From a virus: a stretch of 64,000 nucleotides of DNA. Shown here one piece after another: positions 55,063 to 64,000 of the stretch (position 1 is the stretch's first letter; every line of letters starts with the position of its first letter). The translations under genes were made by a program, and so were the position numbers. The stretch lies in the IMG/VR virus record IMGVR_UViG_3300030329_006380, positions 1 through 64,000 of that record; one strand, written 5' to 3'. Under the pieces are notes generated by a model, which was not told the origin of the DNA, did not search any database, and saw only the letters and a list, made by a program, of their open reading frames with translations.

Positions 55063-55533
55063 TTAGTTAACCCAAATCGAATGCCAAACAGCACCATTCC
55101 CTGAAATGAAGGCAATCGCTCCATAGTTTGAATTTATCACAACTGATGTTGCACCATCAATGGTATCCGATCCTGCACGTGCAACTGTAATATTCTTCGA
55201 GGATGCATTTCCAGATTTATCTTTTATCAAAAGAATTCGACCAGCTTGTGCAGATACTGCCGGCAGGTTAACTGTTATTGCTGTACTGGATGTGTCCACC
55301 AGTAATACGTGATCACTTGACCCCACAGAGTGAGGAGTACTTGATACATCTGTTACGGTCCAAATATTAACTGCCATGGCTATAGCTGCCTCCACTGCTT
55401 GTCTTAGAAATATATTGTTTGGTCCACCGCGTGATCCTAGAAAAAATGGTGCAACAGCGGCACCATATTCTGATGCCAAGTCCTGATTTGTTTGTATTGT
55501 GTGATCCCCACTCCATCTATTTCTCGTTGCCAA
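55063..55533 (-). CDS. Virion decoration/fibre-like domain protein
   Basis: VLLVDTSSTAITVNLPA...GRILLIKDKSGNA...NITV...DTIDG, a beta-domain common in phage structural proteins. Confidence 0.65.
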   Translation of the reverse strand: MATRNRWSGDHTIQTNQDLASEYGAAVAPFFLGSRGGPNNIFLRQAVEAAIAMAVNIWTVTDVSSTPHSVGSSDHVLLVDTSSTAITVNLPAVSAQAGRILLIKDKSGNASSKNITVARAGSDTIDGATSVVINSNYGAIAFISGNGAVWHSIWVN

Positions 55534-55563
55534 AACAATCGACCTCGTTCAAAAGTTAAACGG

Positions 55564-56073
55564 TTAACCAACCCCCAAAGAACCAGTCCAGTTATCAAAA
55601 TCAACAGAGCCAGTGCTAATTGGTGTCAATCCTGCGATAATTGAAGCAGTGGCCTGATGGGCGGTGTCTCCCATCAAAAAAATGTCCTTTACACGCCACT
55701 CTCCGGTATAACTTTCACCCGGAGCAAGAACAAAATAATTTGCTCCGTAAGAACCGGCGTTCAACTCAAAGCCTTCACCGCCAGCTACTGATCCATCGGC
55801 GCCATGGTTCAATCCCCCAGTAGCAACAGTACCGATGCTTGCAAACCCAACTCTCATTGATCCCGTTGTCGATGCTCCAGCATGCGAGGTGCCGGCGCGA
55901 CCAACTGTGTTTCTAATTGTAACAAACTTAGAAACCCGTGGTAACGACACCTTTATTGGTCCAACACTATTTGATGCAGGTACAATTATTGACGAACTTA
56001 AATACGGAATTGCACTAGATTGATAAACACTAGTTGAGAACATTCCCGCTTTATGAGATTTAAATGTTGACAT
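55564..56073 (-). CDS. Hypothetical protein, probable virion component
   Basis: YQSSAIPY, FVTIRN; late-like motif upstream. Confidence 0.65.
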   Translation of the reverse strand: MSTFKSHKAGMFSTSVYQSSAIPYLSSSIIVPASNSVGPIKVSLPRVSKFVTIRNTVGRAGTSHAGASTTGSMRVGFASIGTVATGGLNHGADGSVAGGEGFELNAGSYGANYFVLAPGESYTGEWRVKDIFLMGDTAHQATASIIAGLTPISTGSVDFDNWTGSLGVG

Positions 56074-56079
56074 AGGATC

Positions 56080-56343
56080 CTACCTCTTGCGTTTTTTAAT
56101 ATAATTAGTACCACTAATGATACTTCGCTCTATTTCTTTCTGTTCTAAAAGCTCTTGTCTTCTTTTTTTCTTAATAAGGCGTTTTTTTCTATTCCTTATA
56201 GAAGATGGCTTTTCATATCTTTGCTTAGCTAAATATTCTTCTAAAATTTTTTCTTTCTTCACTTTCCTTGTGAATCTCTTGATTGCTCTCTCAACCGACT
56301 CACCGGTCTTGACTTTAACTTCTAAATTAACTGGCTTTGGCAT
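56080..56343 (-). CDS. rpsU: Ribosomal protein bS21
   Basis: VKVKTGESVERAIKRFTRKVKKEKILEEY...YEKPSSIRNRKKR; start 56343 or 56370. Confidence 0.88.
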   Translation of the reverse strand: MPKPVNLEVKVKTGESVERAIKRFTRKVKKEKILEEYLAKQRYEKPSSIRNRKKRLIKKKRRQELLEQKEIERSIISGTNYIKKRKR

Positions 56344-56351
56344 AATATTCC

Positions 56352-56759
56352 TTAAATCATTTTTTTCCAATTATCTGACAATGGACCAAAAATTTTATCT
56401 ACATCAACACCCGAGTCTCCGGCCGCGAAGTTTGATAGTGGCGAAGACGGGGACACTCCCTCTGTAGGGGATCCCGCACTATTTAAAGGTTGAGTTCCCT
56501 CAAAAAGATCTACGTCTCCATAAGAATCCCTTCCGATGGCATCCAGCATCTTCTGTTTTGTTTCATTAAGTTTTTTCTTGAAATTTTGCTTTTCTTCGCG
56601 AATAGCAGGAGGGTTAGCCTGAATTGTCTCTTTTTGAGCCCCTGTCCCTCTGACAACTTCTGTAATAATTCCGGATAGCACCCCCTCTTCGAAGATAACT
56701 TCCTTAATACACTGCTTGATTAACGGTTTTAAAATTTTTTTAAATTCGCTGGTTTTCAT
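56352..56759 (-). CDS. Hypothetical protein
   Basis: MKTSEFKKILKPLIKQCIKEV... Confidence 0.75.
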   Translation of the reverse strand: MKTSEFKKILKPLIKQCIKEVIFEEGVLSGIITEVVRGTGAQKETIQANPPAIREEKQNFKKKLNETKQKMLDAIGRDSYGDVDLFEGTQPLNSAGSPTEGVSPSSPLSNFAAGDSGVDVDKIFGPLSDNWKKMI

Positions 56760-57339
56760 ATTCTCTCGCTAGTTGTTCGAAGGTATCATTTATTTTCTTA
56801 ATTAATTGTCTCTTGAGCGCATCATATAGCCCTTTGTCTCTAAATTTTTTCATGTCGTCTGTCAGAATCGAATCTATTTTAGTGCCAAAAATTTCAAAAA
56901 ACATATGTTCTAATTGCCATCGATCATCCCTTTCCAGAGCATTAATAAAGTTATTTCTTTCAGTTTCTACGTAATCAATAATTTTATTAATACGCTTATT
57001 CTCTGATTCTTCTTGAAGAGCCATCCTTCTCTTAAGAATCTGAGCCGGTGTCTCCCTGTCTAAATTAAGGATCAGGAACACTAAAATCGTTTGAATTGGA
57101 TAGCCGCGATGGTCGACTGTTCCAACTCTTAGATAATTAAGAAATTTTTTCCGAGCGGCGTCTGCTTCTTTTTGAAGAAGTTCGCGTTCATGCTGGGCCT
57201 TGGCTTTTTCCATCTCTGTTGGAATACGCTTTGATTTGTAGGTCTCTCCCGAGCCTTGAGGTTTCTCTATAGTATCAACTAATGAACCCCTTAAAGAAGC
57301 CTCAATCATCTCCATAAGAATTTTCTTTGTCAATTTCAT
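56740..57339 (-). CDS. Hypothetical protein
   Basis: 199-aa ORF coupled to the protease gene. Confidence 0.7.
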   Translation of the reverse strand: MKLTKKILMEMIEASLRGSLVDTIEKPQGSGETYKSKRIPTEMEKAKAQHERELLQKEADAARKKFLNYLRVGTVDHRGYPIQTILVFLILNLDRETPAQILKRRMALQEESENKRINKIIDYVETERNNFINALERDDRWQLEHMFFEIFGTKIDSILTDDMKKFRDKGLYDALKRQLIKKINDTFEQLAREYENQRI

Positions 57340-57939
57340 CTACTTGATCCCCAATACATCATTTAAGGCCTGATTGATTCTTTCTGCCTTAGAATCTTGT
57401 TTCTTCTCCTTCCACTCCTTCAACATAAATGCATTGGGAGTGGAAGGTTCAGAAACAATATCAAAACAAATAAGCTGGAAATCGTCTTCGACAATCGTAT
57501 CACCTCCTTCTTGTCGAACCGATCCCAAGCCCCGCGAAGAAATTCCAGTTTTAATATTAGACCTTATCAGTTCTTGCAATATTTTACCGGATGGTGTATT
57601 AAGCACCTCAATCTTTCCCATGACATTGGGGCCATCCCACCAGATTTCAGTGACTAAATGAGATACATTTTGAAGATTGATAACGGCTTCCGGTGGATGA
57701 TCTAACTCTCCAAGGGCGCGCCGCTCTTTAATTAAATTTAAATATTTTTTTATTTCTCGCTCCAAAATTGCTTGAGGGTATTTACGACCATTGCCGTTTC
57801 TACAATCTGCCTCTTGAAGTTTGCCAGAAAGGAAGACAACGCCACTGGCGGCGCGGACCTTCTCTTCTTCAGTTAAGAGATCTTGACATACGCCGTCGGC
57901 GCACAATTCATAGTATTCTCTAAGGACGTATTTACTCAT
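57340..57939 (-). CDS. Prohead core protease (T4 gp21-like)
   Basis: NGNGRKYP, LGELDHP, GISSRGLGS, DIVSEPSTPNA. Confidence 0.93.
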   Translation of the reverse strand: MSKYVLREYYELCADGVCQDLLTEEEKVRAASGVVFLSGKLQEADCRNGNGRKYPQAILEREIKKYLNLIKERRALGELDHPPEAVINLQNVSHLVTEIWWDGPNVMGKIEVLNTPSGKILQELIRSNIKTGISSRGLGSVRQEGGDTIVEDDFQLICFDIVSEPSTPNAFMLKEWKEKKQDSKAERINQALNDVLGIK

Positions 57940-59104
57940 TGTTCTTAATTCCTGCTAAAAGTTTCCAACGTTGATAGTTTTTTTGTTCTTCAAGGCTGAG
58001 AGGTTCAATCATGGTTTTTACTTTCGGTCGGTGTGAGGGTGTTGGTGCCTTGCCTTCGTCACCTGTGGATTTCGTTTCTCTAAAGCGTTTGTTTAACATA
58101 TTAATGAACTCTGGGGAAAGGTTCATGGTTTCAGCCGACCGTCTCTTTAACTCTTGGCGCTCGCGGTCTGCCGAAGTTTCTTCCTCCGGTGCAGGTGGAA
58201 CTTCCTGATCTGCTTGAGTCGCGATCTTCTTTTTGTCGCCTGATACGGTGGTCGCGAGTTTAGAGGTATCAATTATTTGTGTTTCAAGATCCTGTGCCGC
58301 AGTGCCCTTAAGCTTGGAGGTATCAATTATTTGTGTTTCAAGATCCTGTGGCACAGCAGGTCTTTGCGCTTGGCGCGCTTTTGCTCGGGCTGTGGCCATG
58401 GCTTTGGATCTCTCCTCCCTAGCTGACGAAAAGGCTGCGGCGCTTTTGTTACGTCGCTTCTGAAATTCTTTTTCGCGGTCGGGCAGACCCAGTGTGTCAA
58501 TTTTATTTTTCGGTACTTGATTCTTAACCAAAAACTTTTTAATTTTTGAAGCTACGCTATTGGTTAATTTATTTTTTATTTTTTCTGGTAGATCAACTGC
58601 ATGGGCTGAAAATACAGTATCGATAATCTTTGATATATCAATATTGCGTTGGGGAGTTTCTCTCTTGGATGTGGGAGCGTCAACATCAAGTTCTTCTTTG
58701 ACGTGAAACGCGTCTCCGAAAATATTTTCATCTTCCAGATAACTGGTCAACTCTTCCCCGATCTTCTCGATAACACTTCGTGATATTTTCCGCGAAGCTT
58801 TTATACCAGCTTTCTGTAAAGTGTAATCTAGATCTGTTTTCATTTTTCTTAAAGCATCGGAGAGGCGAATCTTGCGTCCGGATTTTCTAGGCTGCTCTTC
58901 TGGTGTCTCTTCTGGAGCTTGTTCTGGTGCCTGCGCTGATTGGTCTTCGACCGGAGAATGTCTCTGCTTCCAAGCATCCTTTTTTTCTCGACGGGCGGTA
59001 ACAATATCCTTTGCACGATTGGCAAGATATTCCCTATACCTAGGGGATATATCTTCTTCAAGTACATCAAACTGCTTTGTAATTTTCAACTTCAAAATCT
59101 TCAA
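57932..59104 (-). CDS. Hypothetical protein with internal duplication, possible internal head protein
   Basis: QDLETQIIDTSKL twice; C-terminal RWKLLAGIK. Confidence 0.65.
   Translation of the reverse strand: MKILKLKITKQFDVLEEDISPRYREYLANRAKDIVTARREKKDAWKQRHSPVEDQSAQAPEQAPEETPEEQPRKSGRKIRLSDALRKMKTDLDYTLQKAGIKASRKISRSVIEKIGEELTSYLEDENIFGDAFHVKEELDVDAPTSKRETPQRNIDISKIIDTVFSAHAVDLPEKIKNKLTNSVASKIKKFLVKNQVPKNKIDTLGLPDREKEFQKRRNKSAAAFSSAREERSKAMATARAKARQAQRPAVPQDLETQIIDTSKLKGTAAQDLETQIIDTSKLATTVSGDKKKIATQADQEVPPAPEEETSADRERQELKRRSAETMNLSPEFINMLNKRFRETKSTGDEGKAPTPSHRPKVKTMIEPLSLEEQKNYQRWKLLAGIKNNE
58263..58350. repeat. 34-bp exact direct repeat, period 54 bp
   Basis: GAGGTATCAATTATTTGTGTTTCAAGATCCTGTG at 58263-58296 and 58317-58350. 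Confidence 0.9.
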
Positions 59105-59225
59105 GAAAATCTCCCGTAACCAGGCTCACCCTGGCATGATTATGCAGCCTGACCGGCAGCGGCGCACTCTCTGTAGCATCCATCGAGATCCCATAAGATT
59201 CTCAAGATCCCTAAGCATTAGAAAA

Positions 59226-59528
59226 TTATCCATTTTCTCCCCCTTGGATTATATTCACCTTCACGCCAAAATCATCAAAAAGCATTGTCATGATATATGA
59301 CACTCCAGATGATATCCCTCCTAATATAAGGAAGTTGGCAAAATTATATTCAAAATTAAATAGTTCTGTAAAGCCGTTAATGCCGAATAAAAAGGCTCCA
59401 ACCCAAAAGCCCATGCACATGGGGCAATGAAAGAAATGATGTTCCGGTCGAATTTTCTCAAAAATCTTTCCGTAAACTAAAATTAATGTAATTCCGTAAG
59501 AAGCAAGAGTAAAATATAATAAGTCCAC
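59226..59528 (-). CDS. Small membrane protein (DUF1360-like)
   Basis: Three hydrophobic segments, CPMCMGFWVG. Confidence 0.65.
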   Translation of the reverse strand: MDLLYFTLASYGITLILVYGKIFEKIRPEHHFFHCPMCMGFWVGAFLFGINGFTELFNFEYNFANFLILGGISSGVSYIMTMLFDDFGVKVNIIQGGENG

Positions 59529-59529
59529 T

Positions 59530-60060
59530 TTACATCCTGTATAAGCTTACTGATCCAAATGATCCATACGGGTAAATATATCCGGGCCTAATTGCACCCT
59601 GTGTTTCCTCATGGGGCACTTCGCCTAGTTCCGTAGAAGCCTCTTCATCTGGGTCTAGCATTTCCTGTTCCATCTTCTCAAAGACATCATTGTAGATATA
59701 ATAAGATTTATCTTCTTGGATATATGCGTCTAATGCCAATAGCACCATGTTTAAAGAATTTACCTCTTCGCTCTTGGGATAGGTAGCCTCCAGTACACCA
59801 TACATATTACCACCTTGAATCGTCTCAACATCAACAACTCCCTTTTTCCCCAGATATTCAAAAATTCGATCCTGCACGTCGTACACATCGTCGCTCATTT
59901 TGTCTTTTGCGAAAATGACAACCTTTCTCGCTGCCGGACGAATCACAATATCAACCTCCGGATGGTCGTAGATCATAATGTCTCCATTGAGAGCCCTTCG
60001 CGCATTAATAGTTATATCTTTTTTATGTGCCTCTGGTGTTATATTAAGTGCTAAATTCAT
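59530..60060 (-). CDS. Hypothetical protein
   Basis: 176-aa ORF. Confidence 0.75.
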   Translation of the reverse strand: MNLALNITPEAHKKDITINARRALNGDIMIYDHPEVDIVIRPAARKVVIFAKDKMSDDVYDVQDRIFEYLGKKGVVDVETIQGGNMYGVLEATYPKSEEVNSLNMVLLALDAYIQEDKSYYIYNDVFEKMEQEMLDPDEEASTELGEVPHEETQGAIRPGYIYPYGSFGSVSLYRM

Positions 60061-60902
60061 TACTTTTTGATCTCTCTTATAAGATTTTGAATTTTAAGAA
60101 TTTTTTGAAATTCCTCGACAACAAGCTCTTTCTTTGCATAAGACTGCAGAATACCTAGAACTTCTTTTAATTTTTCTACAATCGTTTCTTCTTTTTTAAC
60201 CTCTTTATCGGTGAGAGAGTCCTTGACCTCTTCTTTAAGTCTACCTATCTCTTCATTTAAAAACATCTTAAGGCTTAAGCCATTATCACTAAAAGATGCT
60301 ATATATCGGCTCAACAATTCTTTTTGTTCTTCAAAAAGGATATGTCCATATTTTTCATTAAATTTACTAATAAAAGTAGAATATGTAATATTATCAATAG
60401 GCATCATCTCTTTTTCCTCTTCCCTGCGAGAAGAAATAGTATTAATCAAGTTAGTTTCCAGCAGTACGCGTGTTTTAACCGGCATCGCGGCATTAAAAAT
60501 TTGTTGAATACTGGCTAAATCTTTATAATTCCTAACAAAATTTAAATAAACACTTTTTGGAAGTTCTTTGTTGATCCTATTAATCAGATTGCTTTGCTCT
60601 AGAAATAAACTTTTTTTATCAATCTTTTCATATTCTCTCTTAGTCTCGAAAATTATTCTCTCTGCCAAATAAGGATTAATACCACTAGAATCGTACAAGG
60701 AGCGATAAAGCTCTAATTCCTTATATAAAAGCGTATCCTTGGAAAAATGTGTCTTTAATATTTCCAATATTGTGTGTTTTTTATCAGAATTCTTATTGAT
60801 TATGGACTTAGTTAATTCCTTAATCAAGGTTTCATATAAAAAAGCAGTGTTTCTTTTCTTATTGTGCTTCAGTTTCATTCTTTTTGGACTCCATTTGCGC
60901 AA
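60060..60902 (-). CDS. Hypothetical protein downstream of the portal
   Basis: KHNKKRNTAFLYETL...; helical. Confidence 0.8.
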   Translation of the reverse strand: MRKWSPKRMKLKHNKKRNTAFLYETLIKELTKSIINKNSDKKHTILEILKTHFSKDTLLYKELELYRSLYDSSGINPYLAERIIFETKREYEKIDKKSLFLEQSNLINRINKELPKSVYLNFVRNYKDLASIQQIFNAAMPVKTRVLLETNLINTISSRREEEKEMMPIDNITYSTFISKFNEKYGHILFEEQKELLSRYIASFSDNGLSLKMFLNEEIGRLKEEVKDSLTDKEVKKEETIVEKLKEVLGILQSYAKKELVVEEFQKILKIQNLIREIKK

Positions 60903-62832
60903 TTAAATCAGCAATTTCTTTTTTAGACTCAAAAAGAAGATGCTCTTCTTCACTATCATAACTAGTTTCTTTTACTTCGTAAATTCCCTTTGCTAGGCTA
61001 AAGCCTTTAAAAATGTTACGATCTGTAGACTTTGCAGTCTCTGACGAATATTTTCCCCACATGCTTCTTTTGCGGGCGCCCATATCTCTTTTATCCGTGG
61101 CGACCGGTCGGTACCACTTTCCCTTCGCCCCTTTAGTTAAGTAACCCTTTCTTCTTTTTGGTATCTTATACCACTCATCATCTCTCTTTCCTGGTACGTC
61201 GCCTCCAGGCGTAGCTAAGAGGCCGCCGGCGGGTGAATCATCATCCTCAATCTCAATTTCTCCACCTTCGTCACCAGCAAGAAGGTCTTCAGCTTCCTCT
61301 TCTGCGCCCAACTCGTCCGGTTCAAACCCCTCTTCTTCTCCTCCAAGTATATCTCCCCCAACGCCTTGAGCAGCGAGGGCTGCTTCTCCAGCAGCTTCAG
61401 AAGTTGAATTAAGGATCGATTCAAACTTAGCATCGTGAAAAAGCTCACGCTGGATTCTAATAAAGACTTCCTCGGATAAATTAAAAATATGTTTTGCAAC
61501 CCATCGCTTGCTAAAATATCCTTCTGTGGCACTTGCAGCAACATCAAACTTAGTTCGCCAATGTTCTAGTTCTTGCATTTCAGAAATCTTCGAAGGATTA
61601 TTTAATGCTAATTTGAAGTCAACCAAGTCTTTCCCCTTAAACCCTAAGATATAGAGGTGAATTGTACCAACTTTTTCTAATTCAGCTACAATAGATCTCT
61701 GAAGTCTCTGAATTGTTCTAGCGAATCTAATATCTTTTTGAGCCAGTGTCTGTTTGTCTTCATCGGCCCCCTCACCCCGTGACAAATAAGATTGAGGAAC
61801 CTTGATTGCGGCGAAAAGCTTGTCTCTGAGGTATTTTACATCATCAATATCGCCAGTATACGTACCTCCAGGAACTGTTTCAATTCTCGAAGATTGTCCG
61901 CCACGGACGGGGATAAAATAATCCTCTTCTATACTCATAGGGTTATACCGAAGGTCAACACGGCCTGTATCGGGATCGACAACTTGATTCCTTTTCATCT
62001 GTGTCATAACTTTTTGCATATATTGTTCTACATCAGGTGCACTGATATTTCCAACATCAATATAAAAAACGCGGCGCTCAGGGGAGCGAACAATACGATA
62101 AGCCATCATCGCATCTTCTAAGAGATTAAGTTGGCGCCATATTCGGCGGGCCGGATCTAAAACAGAGGTGCCATATGGTGCAAATTTATCATTCCCCAGT
62201 ATGCGAAAATGCGCAACTTGCCAATTCTCAAAAGTCAACCCTCCGGAGTTCCATTGATACTGTACATAATTAGGATTGGTACTATCTTGTCCTTCCAGCC
62301 TCTCTATCTCTCCAGCGGGGAGACCAATAACGTGTTTAACACCCAGATCTTCATCAATATCCAAATATAAGAAAAAGTCCCCAAATTTACACATGGTGCG
62401 ACACCAACCAAATAAATTAAATTCTACATTTAATATATTACTATACAATGCTTCAAGAATCGACTTTATCTCTTGGTTAGGGCAATCAATCGTGAGAAGG
62501 GGCTGCAATCCGGAAGAAGTAGTCATCTCATCTGCATATATATCAAGTGCAGATGCTAGCTCCGGTGTGAACTCCATTTGCTGAAAATCGTTATACCTCA
62601 AGGTCCTTTCTTGGTTAACCATGAGGTTTGATTGTAGTTGTTCCAGAGGGTTATAGGCAGTCTTTTTGAACTGCTTTCCGGAGGCCGATTGAAATTTGTG
62701 TTTATCTAAAAACCTTCTTCTTAATTGACGCTCGGTTTGAGAGCGATAATTCACCAAAGGACCAGAAAACAAACGCGTCAGCCTCTTAAATAAGAGAGAG
62801 GATCTATTTTTGGGATTTCTAATTGTTGCCAT
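60859..62832 (-). CDS. Portal protein (T4 gp20-like)
   Basis: MAYRIVRSPERRVFYIDVGN, EEDYFIPVRG, DVKYLRDKLFAAIKVP. Confidence 0.95.
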   Translation of the reverse strand: MATIRNPKNRSSLLFKRLTRLFSGPLVNYRSQTERQLRRRFLDKHKFQSASGKQFKKTAYNPLEQLQSNLMVNQERTLRYNDFQQMEFTPELASALDIYADEMTTSSGLQPLLTIDCPNQEIKSILEALYSNILNVEFNLFGWCRTMCKFGDFFLYLDIDEDLGVKHVIGLPAGEIERLEGQDSTNPNYVQYQWNSGGLTFENWQVAHFRILGNDKFAPYGTSVLDPARRIWRQLNLLEDAMMAYRIVRSPERRVFYIDVGNISAPDVEQYMQKVMTQMKRNQVVDPDTGRVDLRYNPMSIEEDYFIPVRGGQSSRIETVPGGTYTGDIDDVKYLRDKLFAAIKVPQSYLSRGEGADEDKQTLAQKDIRFARTIQRLQRSIVAELEKVGTIHLYILGFKGKDLVDFKLALNNPSKISEMQELEHWRTKFDVAASATEGYFSKRWVAKHIFNLSEEVFIRIQRELFHDAKFESILNSTSEAAGEAALAAQGVGGDILGGEEEGFEPDELGAEEEAEDLLAGDEGGEIEIEDDDSPAGGLLATPGGDVPGKRDDEWYKIPKRRKGYLTKGAKGKWYRPVATDKRDMGARKRSMWGKYSSETAKSTDRNIFKGFSLAKGIYEVKETSYDSEEEHLLFESKKEIADLIAQMESKKNETEAQ

Positions 62833-62834
62833 GT

Positions 62835-64000
62835 TTAACCCTTATAGAGCCAAGCAAAATCTTTATATTGCTTAATTTGCTCTTTTTGTTGTTTATGTTT
62901 ATACTCCGGCATGCCATTAATCGATGTATTCAAAGTATTACCCACCGTCATTATCGAAGACAAGGCTGCTTTTGTGTATTCAACATCTCTTTTGTTCTCC
63001 ACCAGAGCGGTATCTCTGACCCAACAACCTATGGCACATGCCATAATTAAATCATCATTATAACTTCGTTGAGCTTGTGCCTTTCCATTGTTCCAAACAA
63101 AGGTTTTCATTTCATTAATAAGTCTGGAGGAATACATTATAAGTAGTTTATTTCGAATGAACTCCTCCATTTTCGCGATTATCAAGGGCTTTGTCTTTGA
63201 AGAGGTTGTAAACCCCGCAACAGCGCCGGTTCTATTTTCTGCTAAATATTCTTCTATGTACTCATGTGTTGATTTAATTGAGTGATAAACGTTTGGATAC
63301 TTCCTTTCCTTTAGTTTGTCTAAAACTGTATATCCCACAGTATTGTTTTCAACGACGATCATACAGTTTCCATATTCTCGGCCGGCATTTTCAAGAATCT
63401 CTGAAAAAACATCTGGGGCTATTTTCCCTTGGTATTCGGCAATTATCTCCATGGTCTCCAGCTTAAAAACATGAAAAACCGAATAGTCAGCACCGTCTCC
63501 ACGTGCAACATCTGCCGATATCATATAAGAAAAAGACGCGTCAAATTTTTCCCATATCCAATAGTTCCGATCATACCCTGTTTTATATAATGGCTCTCTT
63601 ATCCCCTTAAATATCCTAGTAATATCATCGGAATGAAAAACTGTTTCACCGGAAGCATTGAAGTTGCACTCCAATTCTTGGGCAATTTGCCGTTTGGACA
63701 TATTTCTGGTTTCATGAGCAAACCACTCTTCATCACGGTCTGGGTGTACATTCCAATGCAATTTTATTGGGTTAAAATCATTTTTACCTTGGTCTGAATC
63801 GATATATGTTCTGTGAAACCAATTCCCAACGCCATTTGGTGTCGAAAGGGCAATGCACCGGCCACCGGTTGAGAGTGTCGGGTAAAGGCCAGTCCATAGC
63901 TCTTCCAATCCATCAACATGAGCAGCCTCATCAATTATCAGTAAAGAAAGAGCCTCAGAACGGCCCGCATCTGCACTAGTTGATGATGCTTTTATTTGAG
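62835..64000 (-). CDS. Terminase large subunit (partial; reading frame is open to the window edge)
   Basis: GRSEALSLLIIDEAAH (Walker B), LSTPNG, ADVARGDGADYS, YNDDLIMA. Confidence 0.95.
   Translation of the reverse strand, partial: QIKASSTSADAGRSEALSLLIIDEAAHVDGLEELWTGLYPTLSTGGRCIALSTPNGVGNWFHRTYIDSDQGKNDFNPIKLHWNVHPDRDEEWFAHETRNMSKRQIAQELECNFNASGETVFHSDDITRIFKGIREPLYKTGYDRNYWIWEKFDASFSYMISADVARGDGADYSVFHVFKLETMEIIAEYQGKIAPDVFSEILENAGREYGNCMIVVENNTVGYTVLDKLKERKYPNVYHSIKSTHEYIEEYLAENRTGAVAGFTTSSKTKPLIIAKMEEFIRNKLLIMYSSRLINEMKTFVWNNGKAQAQRSYNDDLIMACAIGCWVRDTALVENKRDVEYTKAALSSIMTVGNTLNTSINGMPEYKHKQQKEQIKQYKDFAWLYKG

Noticed and set aside
55060-55067. Late-like motif TAATTAGT
   Set aside because: Overlaps a start/stop junction, too close to serve the adjacent gene; probably chance.
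325-63466. Numerous plus-strand ORFs of 60-180 aa in the track
   Set aside because: All overlap well-supported minus-strand genes, lack recognisable motifs, and have the composition of antisense shadows.
1-64000. Stop-codon reassignment, diversity-generating retroelement, chimallin shell or CRISPR-Cas
   Set aside because: Core genes are full length in code 11 and end in TAA, TAG and TGA. No reverse transcriptase, TR/VR pair, cas gene or recognisable shell protein was seen.

Overview
A 64 kb slice of a large (probably jumbo) T4-like myovirus genome from an uncultured host, read in the standard genetic code. Essentially all real genes are on the minus strand; the plus-strand ORFs look like antisense shadows. 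In transcription order (right to left): (1) head module: terminase large subunit (cut by the window edge), portal, prohead protease, ribosomal protein bS21, likely decoration proteins, scaffold, major capsid protein; (2) neck, sheath, tube, tail assembly chaperone(s), tape measure and baseplate genes; (3) replication and nucleotide module: compact family-A polymerase, tubulin/FtsZ-like protein, gp32-like SSB, RecA, 5'-3' exonuclease, tRNA-Arg(UCU), DnaB-like helicase, class II RNR, GroES, ThyX, DnaE, dUTPase, thioredoxin; (4) accessory region: ClpP, GroEL, NUDIX, amidase, Cys-rich repeat/vWA lipoprotein, Hsp20, orphan DNA methyltransferase, zinc-knuckle protein. The most distinctive signals are non-coding. 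A bipartite element TGAATAA-N14-CGTCT(A/T)A occurs five times with an invariant 14-nt spacer; it resembles an ECF-sigma promoter, is usually folded into a hairpin, and punctuates the accessory genes like cassette boundaries. There are also perfect sigma70 promoters before groEL and ssb, a candidate late motif ACTA(T/C/A)TTA before structural genes, RBS-sequestering hairpins that contain late-like motifs, a kissing-loop/pseudoknot in the ssb leader, and a possible frameshift site in the tail chaperone. All protein calls come from motifs recognised by eye; no database searches were run.
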